64,000 nt of DNA from NCBI GenBank assembly GCA_965116905.1, contig OZ220732.1, positions 896,001 to 960,000 on the forward strand, given 5' to 3'. This document shows positions 21,005 through 31,413 of this stretch, piece by piece. Position numbers and translations under genes: made by a program. The notes under the pieces were generated by a model. The model was not told the origin of the DNA, did not search any database, and saw nothing but the letters and a program-made list of their open reading frames with translations. The DNA is from Longimicrobiales bacterium (GTDB lineage: Bacteria > Gemmatimonadota > Gemmatimonadetes > Longimicrobiales > Gaopeijiaceae). Position 1 is the stretch's first letter, and each line of letters opens with the position of its first letter.

Positions 21005-22563
21005 GAGGCGGATCCCGTGCCCGCGCTCAGCATCAGCGCGCCGATCGCGGTGGGGTTGTGGTCCTCGAGCGGGACGGGAATGAGCCGGCCCCGCACCATC
21101 ACGGCGATCCGGTCCGCGAGCTCCAGCACTTCATCGAGATCGGCCGAAATCAGCACGACGCCGGGGGGGCTGTCGCCGGCACTCACGAGATCCGCTAGGC
21201 GCGCCCGCACCGCCCGGGTTGCCTTCACGTCGAGGCCGCGCGTGGGCGATTCAGCCACGAGCAGCTCTCCGGCCCGCAGGAACTCTCGTCCCGTAACGAC
21301 CTTCTGCTGGTTGCCGCCCGACAGGGTGCGCGCCCGTGCATCGGGCGATCCCGCCCGCACGTCCATCTCGTCCACGAGCGCGGCGGACCGATCGCCTATG
21401 GCTGCCCAGTCGAGCCAGGGACCCTTGCGGTACGCGGCCTTCCCATGGAGGGCCAGCGCCACGTTCTCCGCAATTGTGAAACGCTTCACAAGCCCTTCCT
21501 CGCCTCGGTCCTGCGGAATCCACCCGACTTCATGCGGCAACACAGCCGTGCCCGCATCCGGCTTGACCATCCCGGCCAGCACCGCCGCCAGCGCCCGCTG
21601 TCCGTTCCCATCGACCCCGGCGACCCCCAGGATCTCGCCGCGATGCACGGTCAGGCTGATGTCGCGAAGGGGAAAGGCGCCTGGGGAATCGGCGGTCACG
21701 CCGATCAAAGCAGCCGCCGGGCCGCCGCAGTCGTCAGCCTCGTCGCGGTCCCCTGCCTCGTCGCGGTCCCCTGCCCGGTCACGGTCGCCCGCCCGGGCGC
21801 GGTCACCCGCCCCTTCCCGGTCGCCCACCCCGCCACCGGCCGCCTCCCCGATCATCGCTGCCGCCAGTCCGGGTGCCGAGACCGTCGCCGCGGCCGCGGT
21901 CAGCACGCGCCTTCCGCGCCTCAGCACCGTGACCCGGTCGGCCACCGCCAGCACTTCGTCCAGCTTGTGCGCCACCAGCACGATCGAAGTGCCGGTACCC
22001 GCGACCTCACGAAGCACGGCGAACAGCCCGTCCACCTCCTGCGGGGCCAGCACGGCGGTAGGCTCGTCGAGCAAAAGCACGCGTGTCTCGCTCATCAGCG
22101 CCTTCAGGATCTCGATCCGCTGGCGCTGCCCCACCCCCAACCGGTCGACCGGCTCGTCGAGCGCCACATCGAGCCGCAGTTCGCGGGCGCGGGCCTCCAC
22201 GCGCTCGCGGTAGGTGTGCTCAACGGTGCCCCGCCGCGTCCACGCCTCCCCGTTGAACAGCACGACGTTCTCGAACCCCGTGAATCGTGGCACGAGCGAG
22301 AAGTGTTGGTGCACCATCGCCACGCCAAGTGCCCGGGCGTCGCGGGCGCTCCTCAACTCAACGGACCGCCCCCCGATCTCCACGCGGCCCGCGTCCGCCA
22401 CCAGCAGACCGCCGAGAATGTTCGCCAGCGTGGTCTTGCCGGCCCCGTTCTCGCCAAGCAGTCCGTGGATCTCACCCGACGCGACCTCGAAGTCGACCGC
22501 GTCCAGGGCCGTGACGGGGCCGAAGCGCCTTGTGATGCTGTCGAGTCGCCCAGCGGCTGTCAC
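21001..22563 (-). CDS. ABC transporter ATP-binding protein (CUT2, two domains)
   Basis: GENGAGKT, LLDEPT, LSGGNQQK, PTRGLD. Confidence 0.93.
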   Translation of the reverse strand: MTAAGRLDSITRRFGPVTALDAVDFEVASGEIHGLLGENGAGKTTLANILGGLLVADAGRVEIGGRSVELRSARDARALGVAMVHQHFSLVPRFTGFENVVLFNGEAWTRRGTVEHTYRERVEARARELRLDVALDEPVDRLGVGQRQRIEILKALMSETRVLLLDEPTAVLAPQEVDGLFAVLREVAGTGTSIVLVAHKLDEVLAVADRVTVLRRGRRVLTAAAATVSAPGLAAAMIGEAAGGGVGDREGAGDRARAGDRDRAGDRDEAGDRDEADDCGGPAAALIGVTADSPGAFPLRDISLTVHRGEILGVAGVDGNGQRALAAVLAGMVKPDAGTAVLPHEVGWIPQDRGEEGLVKRFTIAENVALALHGKAAYRKGPWLDWAAIGDRSAALVDEMDVRAGSPDARARTLSGGNQQKVVTGREFLRAGELLVAESPTRGLDVKATRAVRARLADLVSAGDSPPGVVLISADLDEVLELADRIAVMVRGRLIPVPLEDHNPTAIGALMLSAGTGSAS

Positions 22564-23567
22564 AAGCCTTCCACGAACTCGATCCGCGGCACCTCCAGCG
22601 TCCCCGCGACGATCTCCTCCCGGGCCCTGTCAATGGCGGCGAGCACGTCATCCGGGATCACCCCCTCCTGAACCGGATTGGGCACGAAGTCCACAGCGCC
22701 CGCCGCGATCCCCGAGTAAAGAACGTCGTCGGACAGGGTCCCCGCCGCCCATGCCGTCGCCGTCCTCAGGAACATGGCCGGAATGTCGATCACCGCGCTC
22801 CCCACGATCACGTCGGGGGCCACGTCGTTCTGGTTGCGGTTCATCCCGAACGCCCACGCCTCGCGTCCGCCTTCGCGGGCCTCGCGCACCGCCTGGAAGA
22901 AGCCGAAACTGGCTGCGTCCACGTTGTGAATCAGCACGTCCGCTCCCTGCCTCAGCTGGGCGGCGGCCGCCTCCTTGGCCGCGGACACATCGTCCCAGTT
23001 GCCGATGAAGGTCTCGAACACCGTCGCGTCCGGGTTCACCGCTCTCACTCCGGCCTCAAACGCGACGAAAGTGCCCTTGGCCGAGGGGATTTCGACGCCG
23101 CCCACCATGCCGAGCACGCCGCTCTGACTGACCGAGGCCGCCGCCATCCCCGCCAGGTAGGTCGCCTCGTTGAGGTGGAAGATGAGTGGCACCACGTTCG
23201 CCGACGGGCGCGACCCCGACGAGATCACGAACGTGACGTCGGGATACTGCTCAGCGGCGCGGCTGGCCGCGTCCTGGTACTCGAATCCGTGCCCGAAGAT
23301 CAGGCCGTAGCCGGCCTCGGCATAGGAGATGAAAGCCTCGTCGAACTCGGCCGGAGTCCGCGTCTGCTGGTGCGAGATCCGGAACCCCAGAGAGTCGCCG
23401 ATGAAGTGCAGGCCCTCGTACGCGCCAGCGTGCCAGCCTGCGTCGCTGACAGGGCCAGAGGTGAGCAGGGCGACGGAGGGGGTGGCGTCGAGGACCTTGT
23501 CTTGGACGGTGCACGCAGGGATGGCGACCAGGAGAACCGTGCTCGCCCAGGACGGTAAACGGGTCAT
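22560..23567 (-). CDS. BMP family ABC substrate-binding lipoprotein
   Basis: Lipobox IPAC; D.GW...AYEG, GHGFE, YLAGMAA. Confidence 0.9.
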   Translation of the reverse strand: MTRLPSWASTVLLVAIPACTVQDKVLDATPSVALLTSGPVSDAGWHAGAYEGLHFIGDSLGFRISHQQTRTPAEFDEAFISYAEAGYGLIFGHGFEYQDAASRAAEQYPDVTFVISSGSRPSANVVPLIFHLNEATYLAGMAAASVSQSGVLGMVGGVEIPSAKGTFVAFEAGVRAVNPDATVFETFIGNWDDVSAAKEAAAAQLRQGADVLIHNVDAASFGFFQAVREAREGGREAWAFGMNRNQNDVAPDVIVGSAVIDIPAMFLRTATAWAAGTLSDDVLYSGIAAGAVDFVPNPVQEGVIPDDVLAAIDRAREEIVAGTLEVPRIEFVEGL

Positions 23568-23739
23568 GGTGGTCTCGCGCCGTGTATGGTGGGAGGTGGA
23601 CCGGCCAGCATCTTTGAGGCCGGTGAGAAGCGAGGTGTACAAAAGATAGTACGGTGGCACGCCGCATGGGGTCGGCGCAGGCCCCTGAAACCTCTCGGTT
23701 CAGTTCACGGGAGACACCGCGGACCGCCGGGCGCAAGAA

Positions 23740-24037
23740 CGGGCTGGGCGGGGGCCTTAGGTAGTGATCCTGGACCGCGCTCGTCCGGCGATTCTGGTTG
23801 ACGAGTTGAGTGACCTGGGTTCGCGGGTAGCCCGTCACCTTGTCAAGAAGCCGCTTCACCAAGCCCTTGCCATCCCCCTCGGAGCCGTGTCAAAGGGGAG
23901 ACCAGCGTCTGGCGAACGAAAACGTAGGCGAGGTCCAGTCCGCCGACTTCGATGTCGACCGCCTCCGTTCCCCCTCGAAGCAAGGCCCGCCTGTACCCGA
24001 GGATCCGAATCCGTTCGGCGTGAAGTATCTCGATCAT
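23740..24037 (-). pseudogene. Degenerate integrase/transposase N-terminal remnant
   Basis: Frameshifted pieces MIEILHAERIRIL...AYVFVRQTL and GLVKRLLDKVTGYPRTQVTQLV resemble an IS-associated integrase N-terminus; boundaries approximate. Confidence 0.55.
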
Positions 24038-24654
24038 TCGCAAAGGACATCTTCGCCCTGCGCCTAGGCTCACCTTTTGCTGGAGACCGCCCTCGCGTTG
24101 AGCTCATTTCTGGTGGTGGACGACTCATAGTTGCCTGAGATCGGTGGACAGGATACCTTGTCGGGGGCGTAGCGGGGGGCAATTCGGGAAGCTCGGCGAG
24201 TTGGCGGATGTGCCTAGGCGACCCGAGGCTCGGGATAGCTTCTGCACCCGCCCAAATCCATCCGTCGCGCCATTAGGCCTTCGTGAGGGCTGGCGCGGCA
24301 CTCCCGCGTTTCACTGCGACGAAGATACGGCGATGATCCGAGACTGACCCGCTTCTCCTATTCCATGCTCTATACCGACAAGAACAGATCACGCTCACGA
24401 CTTTGGGTAAGGTTGTGCAATCATTTGATGTCACACAAACACCAACTCGAATGCCTTTCGCCTATCGAAGCTTAACTGTGCAATCGCAATTGGGGTTGCT
24501 GCCATTCAAGCGCTTTGTCACTTAGGCGGCTAGAGGATCCGACGACCCCGCGAAACCAAGACCGCTATTCACTTCTAAGTGGGGTGCAAAAGTATGTGCA
24601 ACGCGCCCAGCCGACTTTGAGGACAGAGTCGCCGATGACAAAAGGAATTGCCTC

Positions 24655-25218
24655 ATGAGCAAGACATCGGGAAGTGGCACAGAACGGGAGGAAGACCTGA
24701 TCAATGAGGTTGAAGATTGGGTACGGAAGTGCTGGCTCAACATGGTGGGCGTTGCCAAGCGCCAGGGATGGGAGGCGGATGAAGCCGAGGACATAGCGCA
24801 GAGTGCCGCAGTGACGGCGCTCGAAATTGCAAGGCACGAGCCGGAACGGTTGGGCGCGGTGCGGGATATCTGCTGTCGGTGGATGTGCGGAGTCGCTTGG
24901 AACGTAGGACGGGCTGCTCGCACGAAGAGCGAGAGGCGGAAGAGGATTCTGCAGGAGAGCGCTCAGGAAGTCCGACAGATGCTCGCTCCCAGATTCGAGT
25001 CGGATGGGATGATGAGCTCTCGGTGGGTCAGAGTTTGGGATGCTGCGGGGAGGGCTCTTCCTCCGCGGCAAGCGGAGGTCGTCCGACTGATCCTGCAGCG
25101 CCAGATGGATGACGCCGAAGTGGCAGCGATACTCGACATCTCGGAGACGACTGCCCGGTGGCACCGAAATGAGGCCACCAAGACCCTGAGGCGAGTCCTG
25201 AGCCAGCAAGAGCAGTGA
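24655..25218 (+). CDS. ECF-type sigma-70 factor
   Basis: Region 2 (EAEDIAQ...W...VAWN) and region 4 (LPPRQAEV...EVAAILDISETTAR). Confidence 0.85.
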   Translation: MSKTSGSGTEREEDLINEVEDWVRKCWLNMVGVAKRQGWEADEAEDIAQSAAVTALEIARHEPERLGAVRDICCRWMCGVAWNVGRAARTKSERRKRILQESAQEVRQMLAPRFESDGMMSSRWVRVWDAAGRALPPRQAEVVRLILQRQMDDAEVAAILDISETTARWHRNEATKTLRRVLSQQEQ

Positions 25219-25551
25219 GTCTCGAAGATTGGCTTAGCCCAGCTAAGCGAGGGAGGCGAGCCCTCAACTCGAGTTCTCGATGCCCATTGACAGGTTTGGG
25301 CTATCTGGCGTCGATAGAAACTGCGCGCGCGGGCACGTCTTGCGCTCATCGGTGGCCTCCACCGGATGATGAATCTGGCGCCGGGCCACGGTGGCCGACC
25401 CAACAGAATGGATCCTTCATGACCACTATAGGGTAGATCGGCGGGCACGTAACAGTAAGCCGCAGCACCCGGAATGGCAGCAGCCAAAGCGAAACCAACC
25501 GATGATTCTCCTCCAACTTCGCGGGACGCCGCTGGTGTTGGCACTCCCAAT

Positions 25552-26160
25552 ATGAGAAGCGCGCCGTTGCGTTCTCGGTCATGGACGGTGGCCGTCAGCG
25601 TTCTTCTGATCACCGCGACCGCGCTCATTGTACGGTCCAGATCCGTAAACCGGGAATTGCGAGCTTTCTTTGAGATCCAAAGCTCAATCGCCGCGCGAAC
25701 GACGACTCACGACCGCCTAATCGGCACACGAGTGCCATCGCATCTTCGGGGTCAATTGGCCGAGGCTGCGGCAGTTGCTACAGATCAAGGTGCTCGGCTG
25801 CTTTGGATCGTCGACACCGACCGCTGCGGGCGTTGTCTGACCGACGGTTTGGGGGCCTGGAACGCGCTGGCCAAAGACAGCACCCTGGTGAGACAACTGG
25901 TGGTAGTAGGCGACGCCCCGGTTCCTGAGGAGGCCAAGCGTGCGCTGCGAAGTACTCCGGCGATTTCCGTGACCAGGGAAGACCTCCGGACCACGTTCGG
26001 ATCGCTGCTTCCCAACACTAAGATGCTAATAGACGGCAAGGGGATCATTCTCTTGGCCGATTCAAGAAACACCGGCTCGGAGTGCGGCTGGAGCTTCGAT
26101 GCCCAAGTGGGCGCCCTACGTGGGGCGCTCGCTAGCGAACTTGTCCGCAATCAACCTTAA
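25552..26160 (+). CDS. Membrane-anchored thioredoxin-fold protein
   Basis: N-terminal TM helix; WIVDTDRCGRC (CxxC); LPNTKMLIDGKG; start may be 25474. Confidence 0.65.
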   Translation: MRSAPLRSRSWTVAVSVLLITATALIVRSRSVNRELRAFFEIQSSIAARTTTHDRLIGTRVPSHLRGQLAEAAAVATDQGARLLWIVDTDRCGRCLTDGLGAWNALAKDSTLVRQLVVVGDAPVPEEAKRALRSTPAISVTREDLRTTFGSLLPNTKMLIDGKGIILLADSRNTGSECGWSFDAQVGALRGALASELVRNQP

Positions 26161-26179
26161 GATCCGAAAGGGGATCGAA

Positions 26180-26425
26180 ATGGACAGAGTCATCGAGCTT
26201 ATCCGGGTGGCAAGCGCAATCGCGTTGCTTGTCGCGATTACGGTCGGCTCCGGAACCCTAAGCTCAGCGTCCGCCGCAGGGTGGTGCGACGAGGCTGAGT
26301 ACTGCCATTGGGACACACCGGGAAGCTACGACGTCTATGGTGATGGGGAGATGATCGTCGCCTGCGCAACGTCGCACTGTGACTCCACGGAGCAGTGGTG
26401 CTGCCTCGACGGTGCCGAGCACTGA
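26180..26425 (+). CDS. Small secreted Cys-rich peptide (6 Cys)
   Basis: RBS-like AAGGGG; signal peptide ending ASA/SAA; core WCDEAEYC...CATSHC...WCC. Confidence 0.75.
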   Translation: MDRVIELIRVASAIALLVAITVGSGTLSSASAAGWCDEAEYCHWDTPGSYDVYGDGEMIVACATSHCDSTEQWCCLDGAEH

Positions 26426-27672
26426 CCTGGCCTTACTTGGGCGTGGGGGCAAGATCGGCCTTGGGTGCAGCGCAGCTCGAGTGTGTGGTTGCAACTACAA
26501 GTGGGCGGTTGCACCTGAGGCCGAAACCTCCAATCGATAGTTCTCTTACCGCACACGGCACGGCCACTGCCCACGGCACAAAATGCGGACCGGTTCCGCG
26601 AACCAGTTGGTTGTCGCTCTTCGCTATCGCCACTGTGCTCGCGGCCTGTGAGGCCGACCCCCACACGGTGCCGTCTCCGCCCTTCGACGAGGTCTTCGCC
26701 TTGGCCGGGACCGTCGAGTTGGCGGAATCACCGACGGATTCGGTGGCTCAAATCGGTATGTTCCGGGAGCGCCGAGCCGGCGGATTCCTCATTTCCGACA
26801 GGCTGCTGCCTCGGATACGTCGCTATTCGGAAGACGGCGCGCTCGAGGCTGCGTTCGGGAACTTCGGCGACGGCCCGTGGGAGTTCCGCCGTATGGGCGG
26901 GTTTGCGGAGACGACCTCTGGACACGTCGTGGTGGCCAACTGGCGCAATTCGTGGCTCAGCTATCTGACGCCGGCGCTGACTCCGGACACCATCGTTCCG
27001 GTTCCGGGCTTGGCGGTCTTCGGAGTGGAAGCCTTCGCCGATGGTGTGATTCTTTACGGAGTGAGAAGCGTCGTGCTGGCCACCATGGGCGGGCGCGAGG
27101 AACGTGGACACCTTCATCGGCTCGTCGCCGATTCGATTGCATGGAGCGCATGGACTTCGAGGACTGACGACAAGCCCTACTGGAACGGCCTGGGTGGCGG
27201 TCGCTCGGTGACCATCGCCGGTGATTCAATATTCGTCATGGAACCACTGCTCTACCCCGCCACCATCCTGAATGGTGCGGGCGATTCCGTCGGCACCATC
27301 GGCTACCCATCCCCCTCCTTCCGCCAGATACCGGAGATTCCGCGTGGCTATTTTGCAGGCGAGCAGAGCGGGTCAAGGGTCCGGGAGGTGTTGCGGAGCT
27401 ACGACCTGGTGAGGCGAATCAATGTCGTCGCAGACGACTACCTGGTCTTCACAATCGGTCGGCCGGATCCGGCGAAACCCACGTTCCCATTTCGCAAGAT
27501 GGACACCGCTGTGGAGGTTTACGATCGCCGCTCTGGCGAGAAGCTCTACAGGGACGTTGACCTTCCGGAGGGGTCGAAGGTCCTCGGCGGGGGTCGCTAC
27601 CTGTACGTGCTTCTCGATCCAGATTTTCCGCCTTGGCGCATCGCGAAATACCGGCTATTGGCCGAAGACTGA
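26395..27672 (+). CDS. Six-bladed (NHL-like) beta-propeller lipoprotein
   Basis: Lipobox VLAAC; FGNFGDGPWEF motif; true start probably downstream of 26395. Confidence 0.75.
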   Translation: MVLPRRCRALTWPYLGVGARSALGAAQLECVVATTSGRLHLRPKPPIDSSLTAHGTATAHGTKCGPVPRTSWLSLFAIATVLAACEADPHTVPSPPFDEVFALAGTVELAESPTDSVAQIGMFRERRAGGFLISDRLLPRIRRYSEDGALEAAFGNFGDGPWEFRRMGGFAETTSGHVVVANWRNSWLSYLTPALTPDTIVPVPGLAVFGVEAFADGVILYGVRSVVLATMGGREERGHLHRLVADSIAWSAWTSRTDDKPYWNGLGGGRSVTIAGDSIFVMEPLLYPATILNGAGDSVGTIGYPSPSFRQIPEIPRGYFAGEQSGSRVREVLRSYDLVRRINVVADDYLVFTIGRPDPAKPTFPFRKMDTAVEVYDRRSGEKLYRDVDLPEGSKVLGGGRYLYVLLDPDFPPWRIAKYRLLAED

Positions 27673-27791
27673 TATCCGGGTCATAGCGTCCGGTAGCCGA
27701 CCTCGCCGACCCGCGTTATCTGGTGGCCCCCGCCGGGCGAGGGTAGAATACAGGCGCGAATCGCGTTGACCCCCCTGCCCGGAAGCCCCTC

Positions 27792-29198
27792 ATGAGCCAA
27801 CCCCGCGACCATTGGAGTTCCAACACCGGCCTCGTGCTGGCCGCTACCGGCAGCGCGATCGGCCTTGGCAACCTCTGGAAGTTCCCGTTCATCACCTGGG
27901 AGAACCAGGGGGGAGCGTTCGTTCTCGTCTACCTGATCTGCATCGCGGCGGTCGGCCTGCCGATCATGATGGCCGAGCTCCTCATCGGGCGACGTAGCCA
28001 GAAGAGCGCAGTAGGGGCGCTCAAGGACGCCGTGGCATCCAAGTGGCCGGGCGGCCGCACTCTCGGAGCCGTGGCCGGAGGATGGGGCGTGCTGGCGGGC
28101 TTCATCCTGCTCAGCTACTACACGGTCATCGCGGGGTGGTCGCTATACTACTTCGCGCAGTCGGTCGGGTGGACCTTCGGCGGCTTCCCTGCCGACCTGT
28201 CGGCGGTCGACCTCTTTGATACGCAGGTGAGCAACGCCGGCCTGCAGCTCATGCTTTCGCTGGGGTTCAGCATCGGGACGATCGCGGTCGTCTACTTCGG
28301 GGTGAGCAAGGGGATCGAGAAGATCGCCCGGATCTTCCTGCCGATCCTCTTCGGAATCCTGCTTCTCATGCTCATCAGTGCGCTCGGCATGAGCGGGTCG
28401 GGCGAGGCGTTGGCGTACATCTTCCGCCCCAACTTCGCCGACCTGACCACGGAGGCGGTTCTGGAAGCCCTCGGGCACTCCTTCTTCACGTTGTCGCTCG
28501 GCATGGGGGCCATGATCACCTATGGCTCCTACATCTCCCGCAAGCACTCCGTGGTCAAGGCGTCGGGGGCGATCGTGGCGCTGGACACCATCATCGCCCT
28601 GGTCGCCACCGTGATCATGTTCTCGGTGATCTTCTCGGTGGCCGGGATGCGCGACGAGGTCGGCGGCTCCACCGTCGGGATGCTCTTCATCTCGCTGCCC
28701 GAACTGTTCTACACCGAGGTGCCGTTCGGCGTTGTACTGGGACCGCTGTTCTACGTGCTCGTCGCCCTGGCGGCGCTCACCTCGACGATCTCGCTACTGG
28801 AAGTGGTGTCCGCCTACCTGATCGACGAGCGCGGACTGACGCGCCACAAGGCGACCATTGGGGCTGGCGTCGCGATCTTCGTGTTCACGATCTTCGCCGC
28901 CCTGTCGTTCACGGGCACTCCCTTCCTGTCGACCATGGAGATCTTCGACGGCAAGGCCGGCTGGTTCTCGACCGCCGACCACTTCGTCTCCAACTGGATG
29001 CTCCCGACCGGTGGCTTCTTCATCACGCTGGCGGCGGGCTGGTTCATGACCCGCAAGGACACGATGAGCGAGCTGATGGACGGCACCGAACCGCGCTGGT
29101 TCCACTACGGCGCGTGGCGCTTCTTCATCCGCTGGGTGGCGCCGCTGGCCGTCGCGGTGATCATCTACTTCGTGATCCTGGGGACGGACTTCAGTTGA
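27792..29198 (+). CDS. Sodium-dependent transporter (NSS/SNF family)
   Basis: GSAIGLGNLWKFP, GGAF, FFTLSLGMG..ITYGSY. Confidence 0.95.
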   Translation: MSQPRDHWSSNTGLVLAATGSAIGLGNLWKFPFITWENQGGAFVLVYLICIAAVGLPIMMAELLIGRRSQKSAVGALKDAVASKWPGGRTLGAVAGGWGVLAGFILLSYYTVIAGWSLYYFAQSVGWTFGGFPADLSAVDLFDTQVSNAGLQLMLSLGFSIGTIAVVYFGVSKGIEKIARIFLPILFGILLLMLISALGMSGSGEALAYIFRPNFADLTTEAVLEALGHSFFTLSLGMGAMITYGSYISRKHSVVKASGAIVALDTIIALVATVIMFSVIFSVAGMRDEVGGSTVGMLFISLPELFYTEVPFGVVLGPLFYVLVALAALTSTISLLEVVSAYLIDERGLTRHKATIGAGVAIFVFTIFAALSFTGTPFLSTMEIFDGKAGWFSTADHFVSNWMLPTGGFFITLAAGWFMTRKDTMSELMDGTEPRWFHYGAWRFFIRWVAPLAVAVIIYFVILGTDFS

Positions 29199-29211
29199 CG
29201 GACAGATATCG

Positions 29212-31365
29212 GTGACCAGCGGCCCGACCGCCCCGCGCGTCTCCAAACGCCCGCCGGAGGTCTCCTTCGGCGGGCGTGTCTTGTTCCTCGCGGACGACGC
29301 CGACCTGATCCGCCGCCAGCTCCACGACGGGCTCGACCTCGACCTCACCCCCGAGCTCAAGGCCAGTCTCCGCGACCAGATCAGCACCGACGAGATCACC
29401 CCCGCGTACATCTGCTTCTTCTACGACGAGACGCTGGGCGAATTCCCGTACCTGGGGCTGGAGGTCAGGAGTGAGGGCGGGCGCGCCGGCGGGCGTGCCA
29501 GCGGGCGTGCCGGCGGTGGAGAAGGCCGCACCGAGGCCCCCATCGAGCGCGGCAGCGTCAAGGACGCGGGCTTCATCTGCTCCGTCGCCGGCAAGCGCCG
29601 CGGCAAGGGGTCGAGCCGCGAGCAGAGCCCCTACGCCGAGCTGATGGCGGGGATCAAGGTCGTCGTCAGCGAGAGCATCGAGCGGATCTACAACGAGAAC
29701 TGCCAGAACCTCGGCATCCTCACCACGACCGACTTCGGACTCATCGAGCGCATCCGCTCGGGCGAGCCGATCCCGCTGACCGAGTTCACGGCCGGGACGG
29801 ACGAGATCACCCGGCAGATCATCGAGTACGGTGGCCTGTTCGAGTTCAACATGGCCCGCATGGGAGGCCAGGTGACGCTCCCGTCGCCGCGCGCGCTGGG
29901 CGAACCTCCCGCAGGCGACGCGGGGCCCCGCCCCATGACGCTCGGCGAGAAGATCTTCGCCCGCAAATGGGTCGTCGACGCTTCCACCGACCACATCGGC
30001 ACCGAATGGGCCGAACCCGGCGAGGCGGGATTCTTCCGCGCCGACATCCGCTTCTCGCACGAGTACGTCACGCCCATGGCTGCCATCTTCTTCGAGCAGA
30101 AGCTGGGCGCCGGCGCGAAGGTCCTCGATCCCGATACGATCCTCTTCTTCCGCGACCACCTGACCTTCCTGCACAAGGTGATGAGCCAGGAGCGGATCGA
30201 GCAGGGGCTGCTGGAGGTCGCCAACCAGCTCGAGGTCAAGCAGCGCGAGTTCTCCGAGAAGCAGGGGATCCGCCTCTACGGCGAGCAGCAGGGCCACGTC
30301 ATGGGTTCCGAGGCGATCTGCCACTCCAAGATCCTAGAGGACTACGCCGAGCCGGGCATGCTCGTGATCGGCACCGATTCGCACACGCCCCACGCGGGCG
30401 CGGTTGGGGCGCTGGCCTTCGGGGTCGGCACCACAGCGATCTTCAATTCGTGGATCACGAAGGACGTGCGCGCGCGCATCCCGCCGTCGTTCAAGGTGGT
30501 GGTGGGCGGCGAGCTGCCCGCCAACGCGACCGCCAAGGACCTGATGCTCGAGATCCTGCGCCATCCCTATGTGCGCGACGGCCACGCGATAGGCCAGATC
30601 ATCGAGTATGCGGGCCCGGTTGTGGAAGGGCTGTCTGTGGATGAGAGAGCGACCATGACCAACATGGCCGCGGAAGTGGGCGCGTTCACGGGTCTGGTCG
30701 CGGCCGACGAGAGAACGGTCGAGTTCCTCGTGCGGGAGCGCGGCATGCAAGTGGCCCGCGCCCGGGCGCTGGTCGAAGGGGTGCACAGCGATCCCGGCGC
30801 CGAATACGTGAAGGTCATCGAGATCGACGCGACGCGGCTGCGCCCGATGGTCGCGCTGCCCGGCGATCCCGGAAACGGCCTCTACATCGACGAGCTGGCC
30901 GACGCCGTGCCCATCGAGATCGCCTACGCCGGGTCGTGCACGGCCGGCAAGAAGGAAGACATGGACATGTACGCGCGCGTCTTCCGCGAGGCCCGCGACC
31001 GGTGGGGGCTCGGCGTCCACCCCGGCGTGAAGTGCTACATCCAGTGCGGCTCGACCGACGTGCGGGAGTACGCGCGGGAGCAGGGGTACCTGGACCTGTT
31101 CCGCGAGATCGGCGCCGAGTTCATCGAGCCGGGGTGCGGCGCGTGCATCGCCGCCGGGCCGGGGGTCACCCGCTCGCCCGACCAGGTGTCGGTGTCGTCC
31201 CAGAACCGCAACTTCCCGGGCCGCTCGGGGCCCGGCCAGCTGTACCTGGTGTCGCCCTACTCGGTGGCCGCGTCGGCGGTGGCGGGGAGGGTGGCGGCGT
31301 GGGAGCCGGGGGTGCGGATGGAGCGGGCGGGGGCAGGGGCGCCAAGGGTGCCGGTGCTGGCGTAG
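29212..31365 (+). CDS. Aconitase-family dehydratase, fused swivel (LeuD-like) + [4Fe-4S] (LeuC-like) domains
   Basis: ISTDEITP, GSSREQ; RDH, GTDSHT, GSCT, PGCGAC, NRNFPGRSG. Confidence 0.9.
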   Translation: MTSGPTAPRVSKRPPEVSFGGRVLFLADDADLIRRQLHDGLDLDLTPELKASLRDQISTDEITPAYICFFYDETLGEFPYLGLEVRSEGGRAGGRASGRAGGGEGRTEAPIERGSVKDAGFICSVAGKRRGKGSSREQSPYAELMAGIKVVVSESIERIYNENCQNLGILTTTDFGLIERIRSGEPIPLTEFTAGTDEITRQIIEYGGLFEFNMARMGGQVTLPSPRALGEPPAGDAGPRPMTLGEKIFARKWVVDASTDHIGTEWAEPGEAGFFRADIRFSHEYVTPMAAIFFEQKLGAGAKVLDPDTILFFRDHLTFLHKVMSQERIEQGLLEVANQLEVKQREFSEKQGIRLYGEQQGHVMGSEAICHSKILEDYAEPGMLVIGTDSHTPHAGAVGALAFGVGTTAIFNSWITKDVRARIPPSFKVVVGGELPANATAKDLMLEILRHPYVRDGHAIGQIIEYAGPVVEGLSVDERATMTNMAAEVGAFTGLVAADERTVEFLVRERGMQVARARALVEGVHSDPGAEYVKVIEIDATRLRPMVALPGDPGNGLYIDELADAVPIEIAYAGSCTAGKKEDMDMYARVFREARDRWGLGVHPGVKCYIQCGSTDVREYAREQGYLDLFREIGAEFIEPGCGACIAAGPGVTRSPDQVSVSSQNRNFPGRSGPGQLYLVSPYSVAASAVAGRVAAWEPGVRMERAGAGAPRVPVLA

Positions 31366-31413
31366 GGGCGGGGCGTCACGCCGGGCACGCGAGGCATGCC
31401 AGGCATGCGGTCT

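Noticed and set aside
24140..24560. Possible small ORF or ncRNA in the lower-GC gap before the ECF sigma
   Set aside because: No convincing RBS, motif or stable structure recognised; probably promoter DNA and decayed sequence.
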